From Phycisphaerales bacterium (lineage in GTDB: Bacteria > Planctomycetota > Phycisphaerae > Phycisphaerales > UBA1924), in contig REET01000127.1 in assembly GCA_007694925.1 (NCBI GenBank), forward strand, positions 1 to 48,850: a stretch of 48,850 nt of DNA, read 5' to 3'. The translations under genes were made by a program, and so were the position numbers. How positions within the stretch are numbered: position 1 is the stretch's first letter; the number at the start of each line of letters is the position of its first letter. Positions 28,846 through 37,767 of the stretch are shown piece by piece. The notes below the pieces were generated by a model, which made no database searches, was not told the DNA's origin, and saw only the letters and a program-made list of their open reading frames with translations.

Positions 28846-29718
28846 TCAGGCGGCCTTCTTGAGCTCTGCGCCGCGCTTGCGGTAGCAGAACGCGCGTGGG
28901 ATGGGGGTCGGTTCGAGCGTGTCGTTGAGACCCCTGAGGCTCTCGGAGTGCCCGATGAAGAGGTACCCGTCGTCGGCGAGGGTCTCGCTGAACATCTGGG
29001 CGACCTGCTTCTTCATGCCGTCGTCGAAGTAGATCATGACATTGCGGCAGAAGATGACATCGAAGGTGCCGTGGCGCCGGGCCGCGAGGCGGTCCTTGAG
29101 GTTGTGCTGCTCGAAGCGGACCATCTGGGCGATGTCGGGCCTGATGCGGTAGGCGCCCGCGGGCATGGGCTGGAAGTACCGCTGCAGGATGAGCGGGCTG
29201 GTCGAGCGGAGGGCGTAGTTGGTGTACACGCCCTCCTGGGCGGCCTTGAGGACCTTGGCGCTGATGTCGGTGGCGAGGATCTCGATGCGCCAGTCGCCCA
29301 GTCGGACGCCGAGCGTGCGCTCGAGCATGATCGCCAGCGTGTAGGGCTCCTCGCCCGAGGAACAGGCCGCCGACCAGATGCGGAGCCTCTTGGTGCGTGC
29401 CCTGGCGTCGAGCAGCACCGGGAGGACCTGCTTCTCGAAGACCTCGAGCTGGGGTTCGTTCCTGAAGAACGAGGTCTCGTTGATGGTGATGCGGTTGAAC
29501 ATCTCCTGGAACTCGTCTGTCTGGTAGGGGCCCATCGTCAGGAAGGCGATGTACTGCGTGTAGTTGTCGATCTCCAGCTCGGCCAGCCTGTGGCCGAGGC
29601 GCGATTCGAGCACGTACCTCTTGTTCTCCGGGAAGTGGATGCCGGAGCGTTGGTAGATGATGTCCGCGAGCCTCTTGAACTCGGACTCGGTCATCGAAGG
29701 GCGCGTGGTTGTGCTCAT
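28846..29718 (-). CDS. cheR: Chemotaxis protein methyltransferase CheR
   Basis: 290 aa. NETSFFRN and SAM-binding RIWSAACSSGEEPYTLAI are present, followed by FCRNVMIYFD. Confidence 0.9.
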   Translation of the reverse strand: MSTTTRPSMTESEFKRLADIIYQRSGIHFPENKRYVLESRLGHRLAELEIDNYTQYIAFLTMGPYQTDEFQEMFNRITINETSFFRNEPQLEVFEKQVLPVLLDARARTKRLRIWSAACSSGEEPYTLAIMLERTLGVRLGDWRIEILATDISAKVLKAAQEGVYTNYALRSTSPLILQRYFQPMPAGAYRIRPDIAQMVRFEQHNLKDRLAARRHGTFDVIFCRNVMIYFDDGMKKQVAQMFSETLADDGYLFIGHSESLRGLNDTLEPTPIPRAFCYRKRGAELKKAA

Positions 29719-29756
29719 CGCGGGTGTTCCCGTTTCTTTGCTTGAAGATCAGGCGA

Positions 29757-30275
29757 TCAGGCGGCGACGCTGGAGGTCTGGGTCTCGTCGACCATCCGGG
29801 CGTCGAACAGACGCGAAAGATCAAGCAGGATCAGCAGCCGGTCTTCGAGCTTGCCGACGCCCGCGATAAACTCGGAGTTGATCGAGCAGACCATCTGCGG
29901 CGCCGGCTCGACGATGCTCGAAGGGATGCGGAGCACCTCGTGCACGCGGTCGACGATGAAGCCGATCACCCGCCCGTGCACCTCGACAACAACGATCCGG
30001 TTGTGCTCGGTGCGCTCGCTGGCGTCGAGCCCGAAGCGCTTGCGCAGGTCCAGCACCGGGATGATCTTCCCGCGGAGGTTGATCACGCCCTCGACCTCCG
30101 GGGGCGACTGGGGCACCCGCGTCAGCGCCATCATCCGGTTGATCTCCTGGACAGCCAGGATGTCGACGGCGAACTCCTCGCCGGCGACCTCGAAGGTCAC
30201 CAGCTGCAGCTGGTCGTCGCCCCCGTGCTCGCCCTGGGGCCCGCTCTTGTCGGTGATCGAAAGGTTCTCGTTCAT
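29757..30275 (-). CDS. cheW: Chemotaxis coupling protein CheW
   Basis: 172 aa. LVTFEVAGEEFAVDILAVQEI ... GVINLRGKIIPVLDLRKRFG is present. Confidence 0.9.
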   Translation of the reverse strand: MNENLSITDKSGPQGEHGGDDQLQLVTFEVAGEEFAVDILAVQEINRMMALTRVPQSPPEVEGVINLRGKIIPVLDLRKRFGLDASERTEHNRIVVVEVHGRVIGFIVDRVHEVLRIPSSIVEPAPQMVCSINSEFIAGVGKLEDRLLILLDLSRLFDARMVDETQTSSVAA

Positions 30276-30382
30276 GGCTCGGTTCTCCGTACGGACGGCC
30301 GGCGCGGCCCCGTCGACTGCTGGCTATCGACCCCGCGAGCATCCGCCTTGACGCCACCGCAGGCGATCTTTGAACGCCCGGG

Positions 30383-31438
30383 TCAGGAAGCCGTCCGCAA
30401 CGCACTCGCGCCGGGTCTGACCGACGCGACGACCTGCCCCAGTTCTCGGGGTGAACCCTCAAAGGCGGCCATCCCGCGCGAGGCGACAGCGCGGGGCATG
30501 CCGTAGACGGCGCACCCCTTCTCGTGCTGCACGATGATCTGTGCGCCCAGGTCGGTGAGGTCCTTTGCGCCCTTGGCGCCGTCCTCGCCCATGCCGGTGA
30601 GGACGACGCCGAGGCAGGCGCGTCCGACGGTCTTTGCGGCGGTGGAGAAGAGGATGTCGACGCTGGGCTTGTAGGGCGCCTCGGGGGGATCCTCGCTGAT
30701 GGTGAGCACCATGCCGCGCTGCCCCGAGCCGATGCGTCCGTGCTTGCCCCCCTGGATGATGTAGACGGTCCGCGGGTTGAGCACGGCGCTGCGCGTCACA
30801 TGCTCGACATCGAGCGGGCAGTGTGCGCCCAGGCGCTCGCCGAGCCCCTTGGTGAACAGGGGGGGCATGTGCTGGGCGATGACGATCGGCACGCCGAGGT
30901 CGCTGGGCATGACGCTCAGAAACTCTTCAAGCGCCACCGGACCGCCCGTCGACGAACCGACAAGCACCAGGCGGATGCGGTTCGGGTGGTCCAGGCGGAA
31001 GCCGCTGCCGTGCGCGACATTGGGCGGCAACAGACGCGAGATCTCGCCGAGCAGCTTGGCGCCGGTCTCGGGGTCCGCGGCCCGGAGCTTTTCGGGCTCC
31101 GCCTGCAGCCAGCCCGCCTTGCACCGGCGCATCTGAAAGAGCGCGTCTCGGTGTGGCCGGTCACCAGTCCAGACAAACACGCAGACCGGGGGGCGGGTGC
31201 GCTCGGGGCCGGTGGCGGTCATCGCGTCGAGCTGCGAGAGATCCGGGGGCGCGCCGAGGGTCACGATCGCATCGGGGCGGAGCGTCGGCGTCAGGCCCAA
31301 GGCCGTGGCCGGGTCGGAGGCGTACCCGCAGACGGTCACCTTCCCGGGCTCAGAGAGCATGCGGGCGACGGCCTGTCTGACGAACGCCGAGCTGTCGACG
31401 ATGAGCACACGCACGCCGGCTCGATTCCCCCCGGACAA
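30383..31438 (-). CDS. cheB: Chemotaxis methylesterase CheB with a degenerate N-terminal receiver domain
   Basis: The catalytic domain is intact (GSSTGGP, AQHMPP, GMGEDG). The receiver-like N-terminus has VDSS and IVTLGAPP where DD and the phospho-Asp are expected. The track start is TTG 31438; GTG at 31414 is an alternative. Confidence 0.85.
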   Translation of the reverse strand: MSGGNRAGVRVLIVDSSAFVRQAVARMLSEPGKVTVCGYASDPATALGLTPTLRPDAIVTLGAPPDLSQLDAMTATGPERTRPPVCVFVWTGDRPHRDALFQMRRCKAGWLQAEPEKLRAADPETGAKLLGEISRLLPPNVAHGSGFRLDHPNRIRLVLVGSSTGGPVALEEFLSVMPSDLGVPIVIAQHMPPLFTKGLGERLGAHCPLDVEHVTRSAVLNPRTVYIIQGGKHGRIGSGQRGMVLTISEDPPEAPYKPSVDILFSTAAKTVGRACLGVVLTGMGEDGAKGAKDLTDLGAQIIVQHEKGCAVYGMPRAVASRGMAAFEGSPRELGQVVASVRPGASALRTAS

Positions 31439-31594
31439 AAGGAAGCTGCACGCCCGGTCCGAAAAACGGCGGGCGGATCGCTGGGAGGATCGGCGATCAA
31501 GAGACGACTCTTAACGCGGGCGAAAGGGGCGGCACGCGCCGGGCCCGATTCCCGGTGGTTCTCCCGGGAGGCATGAGCGGAGGCGTATCTCGTT

Positions 31595-33607
31595 TCAGTC
31601 CGGGCAGCAGGCGCCGCGGAGCACCTCGACGGAGGCCTCTCGGACCGCCCCCCTGATCGGCTCCGCCCTTCCCCCCAAGTGGCGGGCGAGAAAGGCCTCG
31701 GCGCAGGCGATGAAGGCGAGCATGTTCTCTGGTTTGCGCAGCCCGTGCCCCTCGTTGGGGAAGAGCAGGTAGGTCACCTCGACCTCGCGCTGCGCGAGCG
31801 CTTCGGCGATCCGGTCGCTCTCGGACCGGTTCACGCGCGGGTCGTTCGCCCCGTGCACGAGCAGGAGCGGGCGCGAGATGTCGTCGACGCGGCTGATCGG
31901 CGAACGCTCCAGCAGACGCTTGCGCCCCTGCTCGCTCTCGACATCGCCCACTCGCTCGCGCCAGAGCGCCCGCAGGGGCTGCCAATAGGGAGGGATCGAC
32001 TCCAGCAGGGTCACCAGGTTGCTCGGGCCGACCAGCGAGATCCCGCAGGCGAAGGCGTCGGGCGTGAAGGCAAGCCCGCTGAGCGCCGCGTACCCGCCGT
32101 AGCTCGCCCCCATGATCGCGACGCGGTCGGCGTCGGCGTGCCCTTGCTCGACGGCCCACGCGACGGCGTCGAGCAGGTCGTCCTGCATCGCGGCGCCCCA
32201 CTGGCGGTTGCCCGCGTTCACGAACGCCTTGCCGAAGCCGGTCGAGCCCCGGAAGTTCACGCTCAGCACGGCGTACCCCCGGTCGGCCAGGAGCTGGTGC
32301 AGGGGGTTGAAGCCCCAGCGGTCGCGCGACCATGGGCCGCCGTGCACCATCAGCACCATCGGGGGCGGGCCCGAGGCGTGGTCGTGGTGGGGTGGGAGCG
32401 TCAGGTACGAGGGGAGCGTCAGCCCGTCGCGCGAGGGGATCACCACCGGATGCATCGGCGCCAGGGCGAGCCCGTCGAGGTCGTCGCGGTGGGCGAAGAG
32501 GTAGCGGGCGGAGCGCCGGCCAGCCTCGTCACGCTGCATCAGGTAGTAGCGAGTCGGGGCGTCGGCGTGCCTGAACGCGACCAGCCAGCGCGCGTCGTCG
32601 AGCGAGCGACCGGTCACCGTCGGCTCCCCGCCCGAGAGCGTGCGGATCGCGCGGAGATCCGCGTCGATCGATGGGTCGACGCTCTGCCAGCGTGTCCGGA
32701 GGTGTTCGAAGCTCGCCGCCTGTGGCTCGCGCGTTTGCGGATGCAGCAGCACCTCCGAGGCGTCTGCGTCGGGGTCGTGCGCGAGCACCTCCGGCTCGGC
32801 CCCGCGCTGGCGCAGATCGATCGCGACGAGCGCCGAGGTGTCGCGCCCGCGGCTGTCGCGCATGATCAGCCGCCGATCGCCGACGAGCGCCAACGGTCCG
32901 GTCGTCAGCACATCGTCGGGGGGCACCGTCAGAAACCGGCGCAGACGCCCGGCCTCGTTGAGTCGGAGCAGCTCGACCGAGCCGTCGTCGCCCATCCTGC
33001 GGGCCAGTCGTGGCGTGCCGCCCTCGTCGAAGACCCAGCCGATCACCCCGGGCGGGCAGAGGAGCACGAGATCGAGCTCGCCCGTTTCGACATCGACGCG
33101 GTAGAGATCGTGCAGGCGCGCGTCGCGATCGTTCAGACCAACGATCACGCTCGTCGGCGTCGAGGGGCTCTGGTGCAGCAGTTGGGCCTGCACATTCGCG
33201 CCGGGGGTCAGGGCGAGCTGGCGTCCGTTCTCGATGTCCGCGGCGTACAGGCGCCAGTTCTCGTCGCCCCTGTTGTCGCGCAGGTAGAGCACCCGACGCG
33301 AGCAGTACGACCACGACGATCGGGTGATCGGGTCTCGCCGCTCGGTCGTGAGCGGGCGGGCCTCGTGGGGCTTGTCGGCCGGGGCGATCCAGACATTCAG
33401 CACACCCTCCCAGGGGGCGTGGAAGCTGATCCACTGGCCGTCGGGGCTGAGGCGGACGGCGGCGCGGTCGGGGTTTCCGAAAAAGACTTTGCGGGGGATC
33501 AGCTCCCGCTCGGGGGGCGGGGCGGTTGCCGCGGCGGCGGTCGCCAGCACGCCGGCGGCGAGGATCGGCGCGAGGGCCCTCCTGATTGTGCGAGCGTTCA
33601 GAAGCAC
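31595..33607 (-). CDS. S9-family serine peptidase (prolyl oligopeptidase/dipeptidyl aminopeptidase-like)
   Basis: ORF 31595..33751(-). Its 5' end overlaps the tRNA, so GTG 33607 is proposed (VLLNARTIRRALAPILAAGVLATAAA). The triad context is GASYGG, HGANDPRV and NEGHGL, after an N-terminal beta-propeller-like region. Confidence 0.85.
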   Translation of the reverse strand: MLLNARTIRRALAPILAAGVLATAAAATAPPPERELIPRKVFFGNPDRAAVRLSPDGQWISFHAPWEGVLNVWIAPADKPHEARPLTTERRDPITRSSWSYCSRRVLYLRDNRGDENWRLYAADIENGRQLALTPGANVQAQLLHQSPSTPTSVIVGLNDRDARLHDLYRVDVETGELDLVLLCPPGVIGWVFDEGGTPRLARRMGDDGSVELLRLNEAGRLRRFLTVPPDDVLTTGPLALVGDRRLIMRDSRGRDTSALVAIDLRQRGAEPEVLAHDPDADASEVLLHPQTREPQAASFEHLRTRWQSVDPSIDADLRAIRTLSGGEPTVTGRSLDDARWLVAFRHADAPTRYYLMQRDEAGRRSARYLFAHRDDLDGLALAPMHPVVIPSRDGLTLPSYLTLPPHHDHASGPPPMVLMVHGGPWSRDRWGFNPLHQLLADRGYAVLSVNFRGSTGFGKAFVNAGNRQWGAAMQDDLLDAVAWAVEQGHADADRVAIMGASYGGYAALSGLAFTPDAFACGISLVGPSNLVTLLESIPPYWQPLRALWRERVGDVESEQGRKRLLERSPISRVDDISRPLLLVHGANDPRVNRSESDRIAEALAQREVEVTYLLFPNEGHGLRKPENMLAFIACAEAFLARHLGGRAEPIRGAVREASVEVLRGACCPD

Positions 33608-33668
33608 TGTCAGGAATCTAACGGGTCCGGGCCTCAGCGTTGCGTCCGGGATTTTTCGGGCTTGTCCC

Positions 33669-33700
33669 AAAAACCGGCAACGCCCCAGAAGGGGCGTTGC
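33669..33700 (-). terminator. Rho-independent terminator after tRNA-Leu
   Basis: 10-bp perfect stem gcaacgcccc/ggggcgttgc (33677-33686/33691-33700) with loop agaa. A minus-strand T-run follows (plus-strand aaaaa at 33669-33673). Confidence 0.7.
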
Positions 33701-33724
33701 GACGAGGGCCTCTCGGCCGCTAAA

Positions 33725-33808
33725 TGCCCAGGAGAGGACTCGAACCTCCACCCGGTTGCCCGGACTACCACCTCAAGGTAGCGCGTCTGCCAATTCCGCC
33801 ACCTGGGC
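33725..33808 (-). tRNA. tRNA-Leu (anticodon GAG)
   Basis: 84 nt, folded by hand. The acceptor is GCCCAGG/CCTGGGC, the D-arm has GG, and the anticodon stem CTACC/GGTAG carries loop TTGAGGT. There is a long variable arm (type II) and a T-arm GGAGG-TTCGAGT-CCTCT. No CCA is encoded. Confidence 0.9.
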
Positions 33809-34022
33809 ATGGACCGCCTCGCCCGCTCTGGGCTTGGGGGTGGAGATTGTAACGGGCGGAGCCGAGAAGTCGAACCGCCCGGCCGAGCGGGCGTCCGGCG
33901 TGCAAGGGTCCGGAAACAGTTCTATCGTTGGCCCACGCGGGGCCGGCCCCTCGGCCCCGCGGAGTACGGTGAGGCTGCAGAGTGATCGCCGGGTCAGCCC
34001 GGCGTCGGAAGAGGCAGGTGCT

Positions 34023-35453
34023 ATGCGGATTCTGATGCTCGGCTGGGAGTTCCCGCCGTTCATCTCGGGCGGGCTTGGCACGGCGTGCCACGGCCTTACG
34101 CGCGCTCTGGATCGCCAGGGCCACAAGGTCTACTTCCTGCTGCCCAAGCCGGTCGAGGCCCCCGAGACCACCCATGTCACGCTGCTGAGCCCCTCCCTGC
34201 TCAAGCGGAAGGGCGTCCCTGACCCGCTCGGCCTCGAGCGATCTGCTCAGGCCGGGTCGGCGGCGGCGTCCAAGGCCATCGCCGAGGAGAGCAACCGCAG
34301 CGACCTGCAGAAGACCGAGTTCTTCGAGGTGCCCGCGAACTTCTCCAGCCCATACCCCGACGGCGGGCTGAACCTGCCCGAGGGCGTCACCTACGAGACC
34401 GTCGCCGGCCTGATGGCCCGGGCGCAGAAGAACGACCCCGGCGCGATCCAGGCGCTCAAGGAGCTGGGCATCGCCCCCTCGGGCTCGCTGTCTGACGAGG
34501 TCGACCAGCTCGGCGAGGGGTTCGGGGACTACGGGCGTGACCTTTTCGCCGACGCGCACCGCTACGCGAGGATCGCCGCGGCGATCGCCTCGGGCATCGA
34601 GTTCGATGTCGTCCACGCCCACGACTGGCTGACCTACCCCGCGGGGGTGGCGATCCGGCGTCTGACGGGCAAGCCCCTGGTCTGCCACATCCACGCGACC
34701 GAGTTCGACCGCTCGGGCGACAATGTCAACCAGCCCGTCTACGACATCGAGCGCATGGGCATGCACGCCTGCGACCGACTCATCGCCGTTTCGATGCTCA
34801 CGCGATCGATCTGCATGCGTCGTTACGGCGTGCCGGAATCGAAGATCGATGTCGTGTACAACGGCGTCGAGCAGGAGCACAACCAGCCCGAGCCGGGCGC
34901 ACAGATCGGCTCGGACGACAAGATCGTGCTCTTCCTCGGGCGGATCACGATGCAGAAGGGGCCTGAGTACTTCATCCGCGCCGCCAAGCGCGTGCTGGAG
35001 AAGGTCGAGAATGTCAAGTTCGTCGTCGCCGGCTCGGGCGACATGGCGATGCGGATGATCGAGCAGGCCGCCGGCCTGGGCATCGGCTCGAAGGTGCTCT
35101 TTACGGGCTTCCTGCGCGGGCGGGATGTCGCGCGCGTCTTCCGCATGGCCGACTGCTATGTGATGCCCAGTGTTTCAGAGCCCTTCGGCATCGCGCCCCT
35201 GGAGGCGATGAGCCACGACACGCCGGTGATCATCTCCAAGCAGTCGGGCGTCGCCGAGGTGCTCCAGCACGCCCTGAAGGTCGACTTCTGGGACACCGAC
35301 GAGATGGCCAACAAGATCGTCGCGGTGCTGAAGTACCCGCCGCTCAGCAAGACGCTGCGTCAGCACGGCGTCTTCGAGCTGAAGAGCCTGACCTGGGACC
35401 GCTCGGCCGAGAAGGTCGCAAGGGTGTACGAGCGGGCGATCTCCAGCGTCTGA
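34023..35453 (+). CDS. GT4-family glycosyltransferase, glycogen-synthase-like
   Basis: ORF 33324..35453(+). Start is ATG 34023 (MRILMLGWEFPPFISGGLGTACHGL). The C-terminal GT-B motif is SEPFGIAPLEAM. Confidence 0.8.
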   Translation: MRILMLGWEFPPFISGGLGTACHGLTRALDRQGHKVYFLLPKPVEAPETTHVTLLSPSLLKRKGVPDPLGLERSAQAGSAAASKAIAEESNRSDLQKTEFFEVPANFSSPYPDGGLNLPEGVTYETVAGLMARAQKNDPGAIQALKELGIAPSGSLSDEVDQLGEGFGDYGRDLFADAHRYARIAAAIASGIEFDVVHAHDWLTYPAGVAIRRLTGKPLVCHIHATEFDRSGDNVNQPVYDIERMGMHACDRLIAVSMLTRSICMRRYGVPESKIDVVYNGVEQEHNQPEPGAQIGSDDKIVLFLGRITMQKGPEYFIRAAKRVLEKVENVKFVVAGSGDMAMRMIEQAAGLGIGSKVLFTGFLRGRDVARVFRMADCYVMPSVSEPFGIAPLEAMSHDTPVIISKQSGVAEVLQHALKVDFWDTDEMANKIVAVLKYPPLSKTLRQHGVFELKSLTWDRSAEKVARVYERAISSV

Positions 35454-35507
35454 TCGCCGCGCGAGCGTGACGGATCACCCAGACTGAAAACAGACTGAAA
35501 ACACAAC

Positions 35508-35535
35508 GGGGCCGCGCTCCGGTGAGCGCGGCCCC
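35508..35535. terminator. Hairpin terminator between convergent genes
   Basis: 12-bp perfect stem ggggccgcgctc/gagcgcggcccc with loop cggt, followed by gcgttgattgtttgt on the plus strand. Confidence 0.65.
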
Positions 35536-35585
35536 GCGTTGATTGTTTGTGCGCTGGCCGCGAGCGGCCCGGACATTACAGAGAT

Positions 35586-35828
35586 TCAGGCGCCCGCCTC
35601 GATGATGCGACCGGCCTCGATGTCCTGCTGCTGCTGGCGCTGCTGGCGCTGGAACTCCTCGGTCTGCTCGAACGCGTCAGCTTCTTCCATCAGCTGCTGA
35701 TACTCAGTCGACGGAGGCGGAGTGGAATCGCCGCCGATGACGCCGAAGTACATCGCGAGCACGACGCCGGCGACCACGAGGGCCGCGATGGCGAAACCGA
35801 TCTTGATCTTGTCGTTCTTGGAAGCCAT
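35586..35828 (-). CDS. Small membrane protein with Gln/Glu-rich tail (hypothetical)
   Basis: 80 aa with one TM (IGFAIAALVVAGVVLAMYFGVI). Third codon positions are GC-rich like the host genes. Confidence 0.5.
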   Translation of the reverse strand: MASKNDKIKIGFAIAALVVAGVVLAMYFGVIGGDSTPPPSTEYQQLMEEADAFEQTEEFQRQQRQQQQDIEAGRIIEAGA

Positions 35829-36028
35829 GTCGATATCTCCGATTAGCTGTCGCGGACACGGCCCGCATTCTGCTTTGAAACCCCCGAACCCCCGTAGGGC
35901 CCGGCCTGAACTGCCCGAGCGGCTCCGACGAACGCCGGATCGGCCGCTCTTGTTTCTATGCTAACACGCCGGGAGGTGTTCGTCATTCCCGGATCCGCCC
36001 CCGGAAAGTTTCCGGACGCGGGGAAGGG

Positions 36029-37381
36029 TCACCCGACATCGCGCCGCTGGAAGAACGCCACGCCCAGAGCCAGGAAGGCGATGATCAGCAGAACGGCGTA
36101 GAGCATCACCATGGCGACATGGCCGGCGGGGATCGCACGGTTCTGCGCGATCGCGTCCATCAGCCAGAAAAACTGCATGTTCGGGGTCAGCACCCAGGCC
36201 GTCAGCAGCACCGGGTTGTACTCCGTCGGTCGGAGGAAGACCGCGTCGTTGACCATCGGGGGCCTGCGGATATTGAGCGGTCGACCGCCGATGTGGCGGA
36301 TGTGGACCGTCAGCCCGTCCACCCCCGTGACGATGACCGCTGGCTCGACATCCCGCCCCAGGACATCGCCCTCGGGGTCGCCCTCGAACGGGGCGAAGGG
36401 GGGGACGGCCAGCCGGAAGCCGTTCGGATTCTCGCCGTAGTAGAACGAGCCGCCGGGCAGGATGTCCTCGTTGGGCGGCCCGTCGAGCACGACGGTGTAC
36501 CGCTGCCCCGGCCTCGAGAAGGACTGGTCGGCCAGGTCGACCGACTCGACCGACTGGATGTAGGCGATGACCTTGTTGTCCATCGCGCCGCGACCGACCA
36601 GGTGGTTGGCCAGGAGCCCGAAGAGGAAGAGGCCGGCGCAGACGACGATCGTCATCACCTGCCCCAGCCGGGTCGAGACCGCCACCGCGACGGCGGTCAG
36701 CACCAGGATCGCCATCGCCAGCACCCCGCAAGCGAGTGTGACAGCGGGCATGAAGTCAGTGCCCAAGGGCTGTGGGCGCCACTCCTTGCTGAAGAGGAGC
36801 ACCCCGAGGTAGGCCAGGAGGAAGGTGGGGAGGACCAGGGTCGAGGCGACCTGCGTGAACGACCACCCGTAGAAGTAGTTGCACCACGCCGCCAGCCCCA
36901 ATGTCAGCAGCGCCGCGACGAACGAGAAGAGGATCACCGGCTGATCCGGGTCGTCCGCGGCGGTGGTGAGCACCCCGTGGCGGAGGCTCAGGAGCAGGAA
37001 CAGGAGCATGACGGCGGTCGCCATCATGATCGCGACAGTCACGCCGATGTACTTGCCGATCACGACGGTCGCCCGCCCAACGGGCTTGCTGATGACGGTC
37101 AGGGCGGTCTTGTTCTCGATCTCGCGGCTGATGGTCGCGGTGGCGATGAAGGCCGCCAGCAGGACGCCGCACCCGAAGATCGTCCCCATCCCGATGTCCA
37201 GCAGGAGCTGGTCGTCGGCGGAGACCTCCGCGGAGGTGCTGTAGGCCATGCTGAAGTTGGTGCCCCAGGTGTTGAAGATCTGGATCACGCCGCAGAGCGC
37301 GATCAGAAAAAAGTAGATCGGCTGTCGGATCGCCTCGACGAAGGTCGTTCTGGCGATGGCGATGACCTGAGCGAATGGCAT
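36029..37381 (-). CDS. ABC-2-type transporter permease with a large inserted extracytoplasmic domain
   Basis: 450 aa. VIAIARTTFVEAIRQP and ISREIENKTALTVISKPVGRATVVIGKYIG match the ABC-2/NosY-like signature. It has multiple TM helices and is paralogous to 43588..45582. Confidence 0.7.
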   Translation of the reverse strand: MPFAQVIAIARTTFVEAIRQPIYFFLIALCGVIQIFNTWGTNFSMAYSTSAEVSADDQLLLDIGMGTIFGCGVLLAAFIATATISREIENKTALTVISKPVGRATVVIGKYIGVTVAIMMATAVMLLFLLLSLRHGVLTTAADDPDQPVILFSFVAALLTLGLAAWCNYFYGWSFTQVASTLVLPTFLLAYLGVLLFSKEWRPQPLGTDFMPAVTLACGVLAMAILVLTAVAVAVSTRLGQVMTIVVCAGLFLFGLLANHLVGRGAMDNKVIAYIQSVESVDLADQSFSRPGQRYTVVLDGPPNEDILPGGSFYYGENPNGFRLAVPPFAPFEGDPEGDVLGRDVEPAVIVTGVDGLTVHIRHIGGRPLNIRRPPMVNDAVFLRPTEYNPVLLTAWVLTPNMQFFWLMDAIAQNRAIPAGHVAMVMLYAVLLIIAFLALGVAFFQRRDVG

Positions 37382-37767
37382 CAGGGAAGGCTTCCGGTTG
37401 GGGGCTTCGCGATCTTTGACATGTCCCTTGGGCCGATCGGCCGGGGGTGGTGGCGGGAATTTTACGCCGCCAATGAACCCGTGTTCGCGCCAAGCGTATC
37501 TCGGTGGATCTCCGCAGGGGAGGTGTTTTCCGCTGCGGGCCGTCGACTGACGGGCCCGCGCCGGCGAGCCCTGTTCTGGGGATCTTCGGGTTTCGGGGCG
37601 TTCCTTCCGCTTCGCCGGGTGGACAAGTGGCCCGCCACCCGAGACAATCCCGCCCCTCGGCGGCGGGCGTCGGGTCTCGGCGCCCCGCGGTGTGTTTCAC
37701 TCCGCACGCGGGGAATGGGTTGGAAGCAGGAACAGCGGTTCGGGGTCTCTCCGGGAGCCGTCGCGGC

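Noticed and set aside
33854-33880. gggcgg…gaagtcgaaccgccc, which looks like a tRNA T-arm or second tRNA fragment next to tRNA-Leu
   Set aside because: I could not fold a cloverleaf on either strand. It is only a 6-bp stem with a 15-nt loop. No integrase or repeat of the tRNA 3' end is nearby to suggest an integration scar.
33324-34022. 233-codon N-terminal extension of the glycosyltransferase ORF
   Set aside because: It overlaps the tRNA-Leu gene and the peptidase 5' end. The canonical GT4 N-terminus MRILMLGWEFPP begins at ATG 34023.
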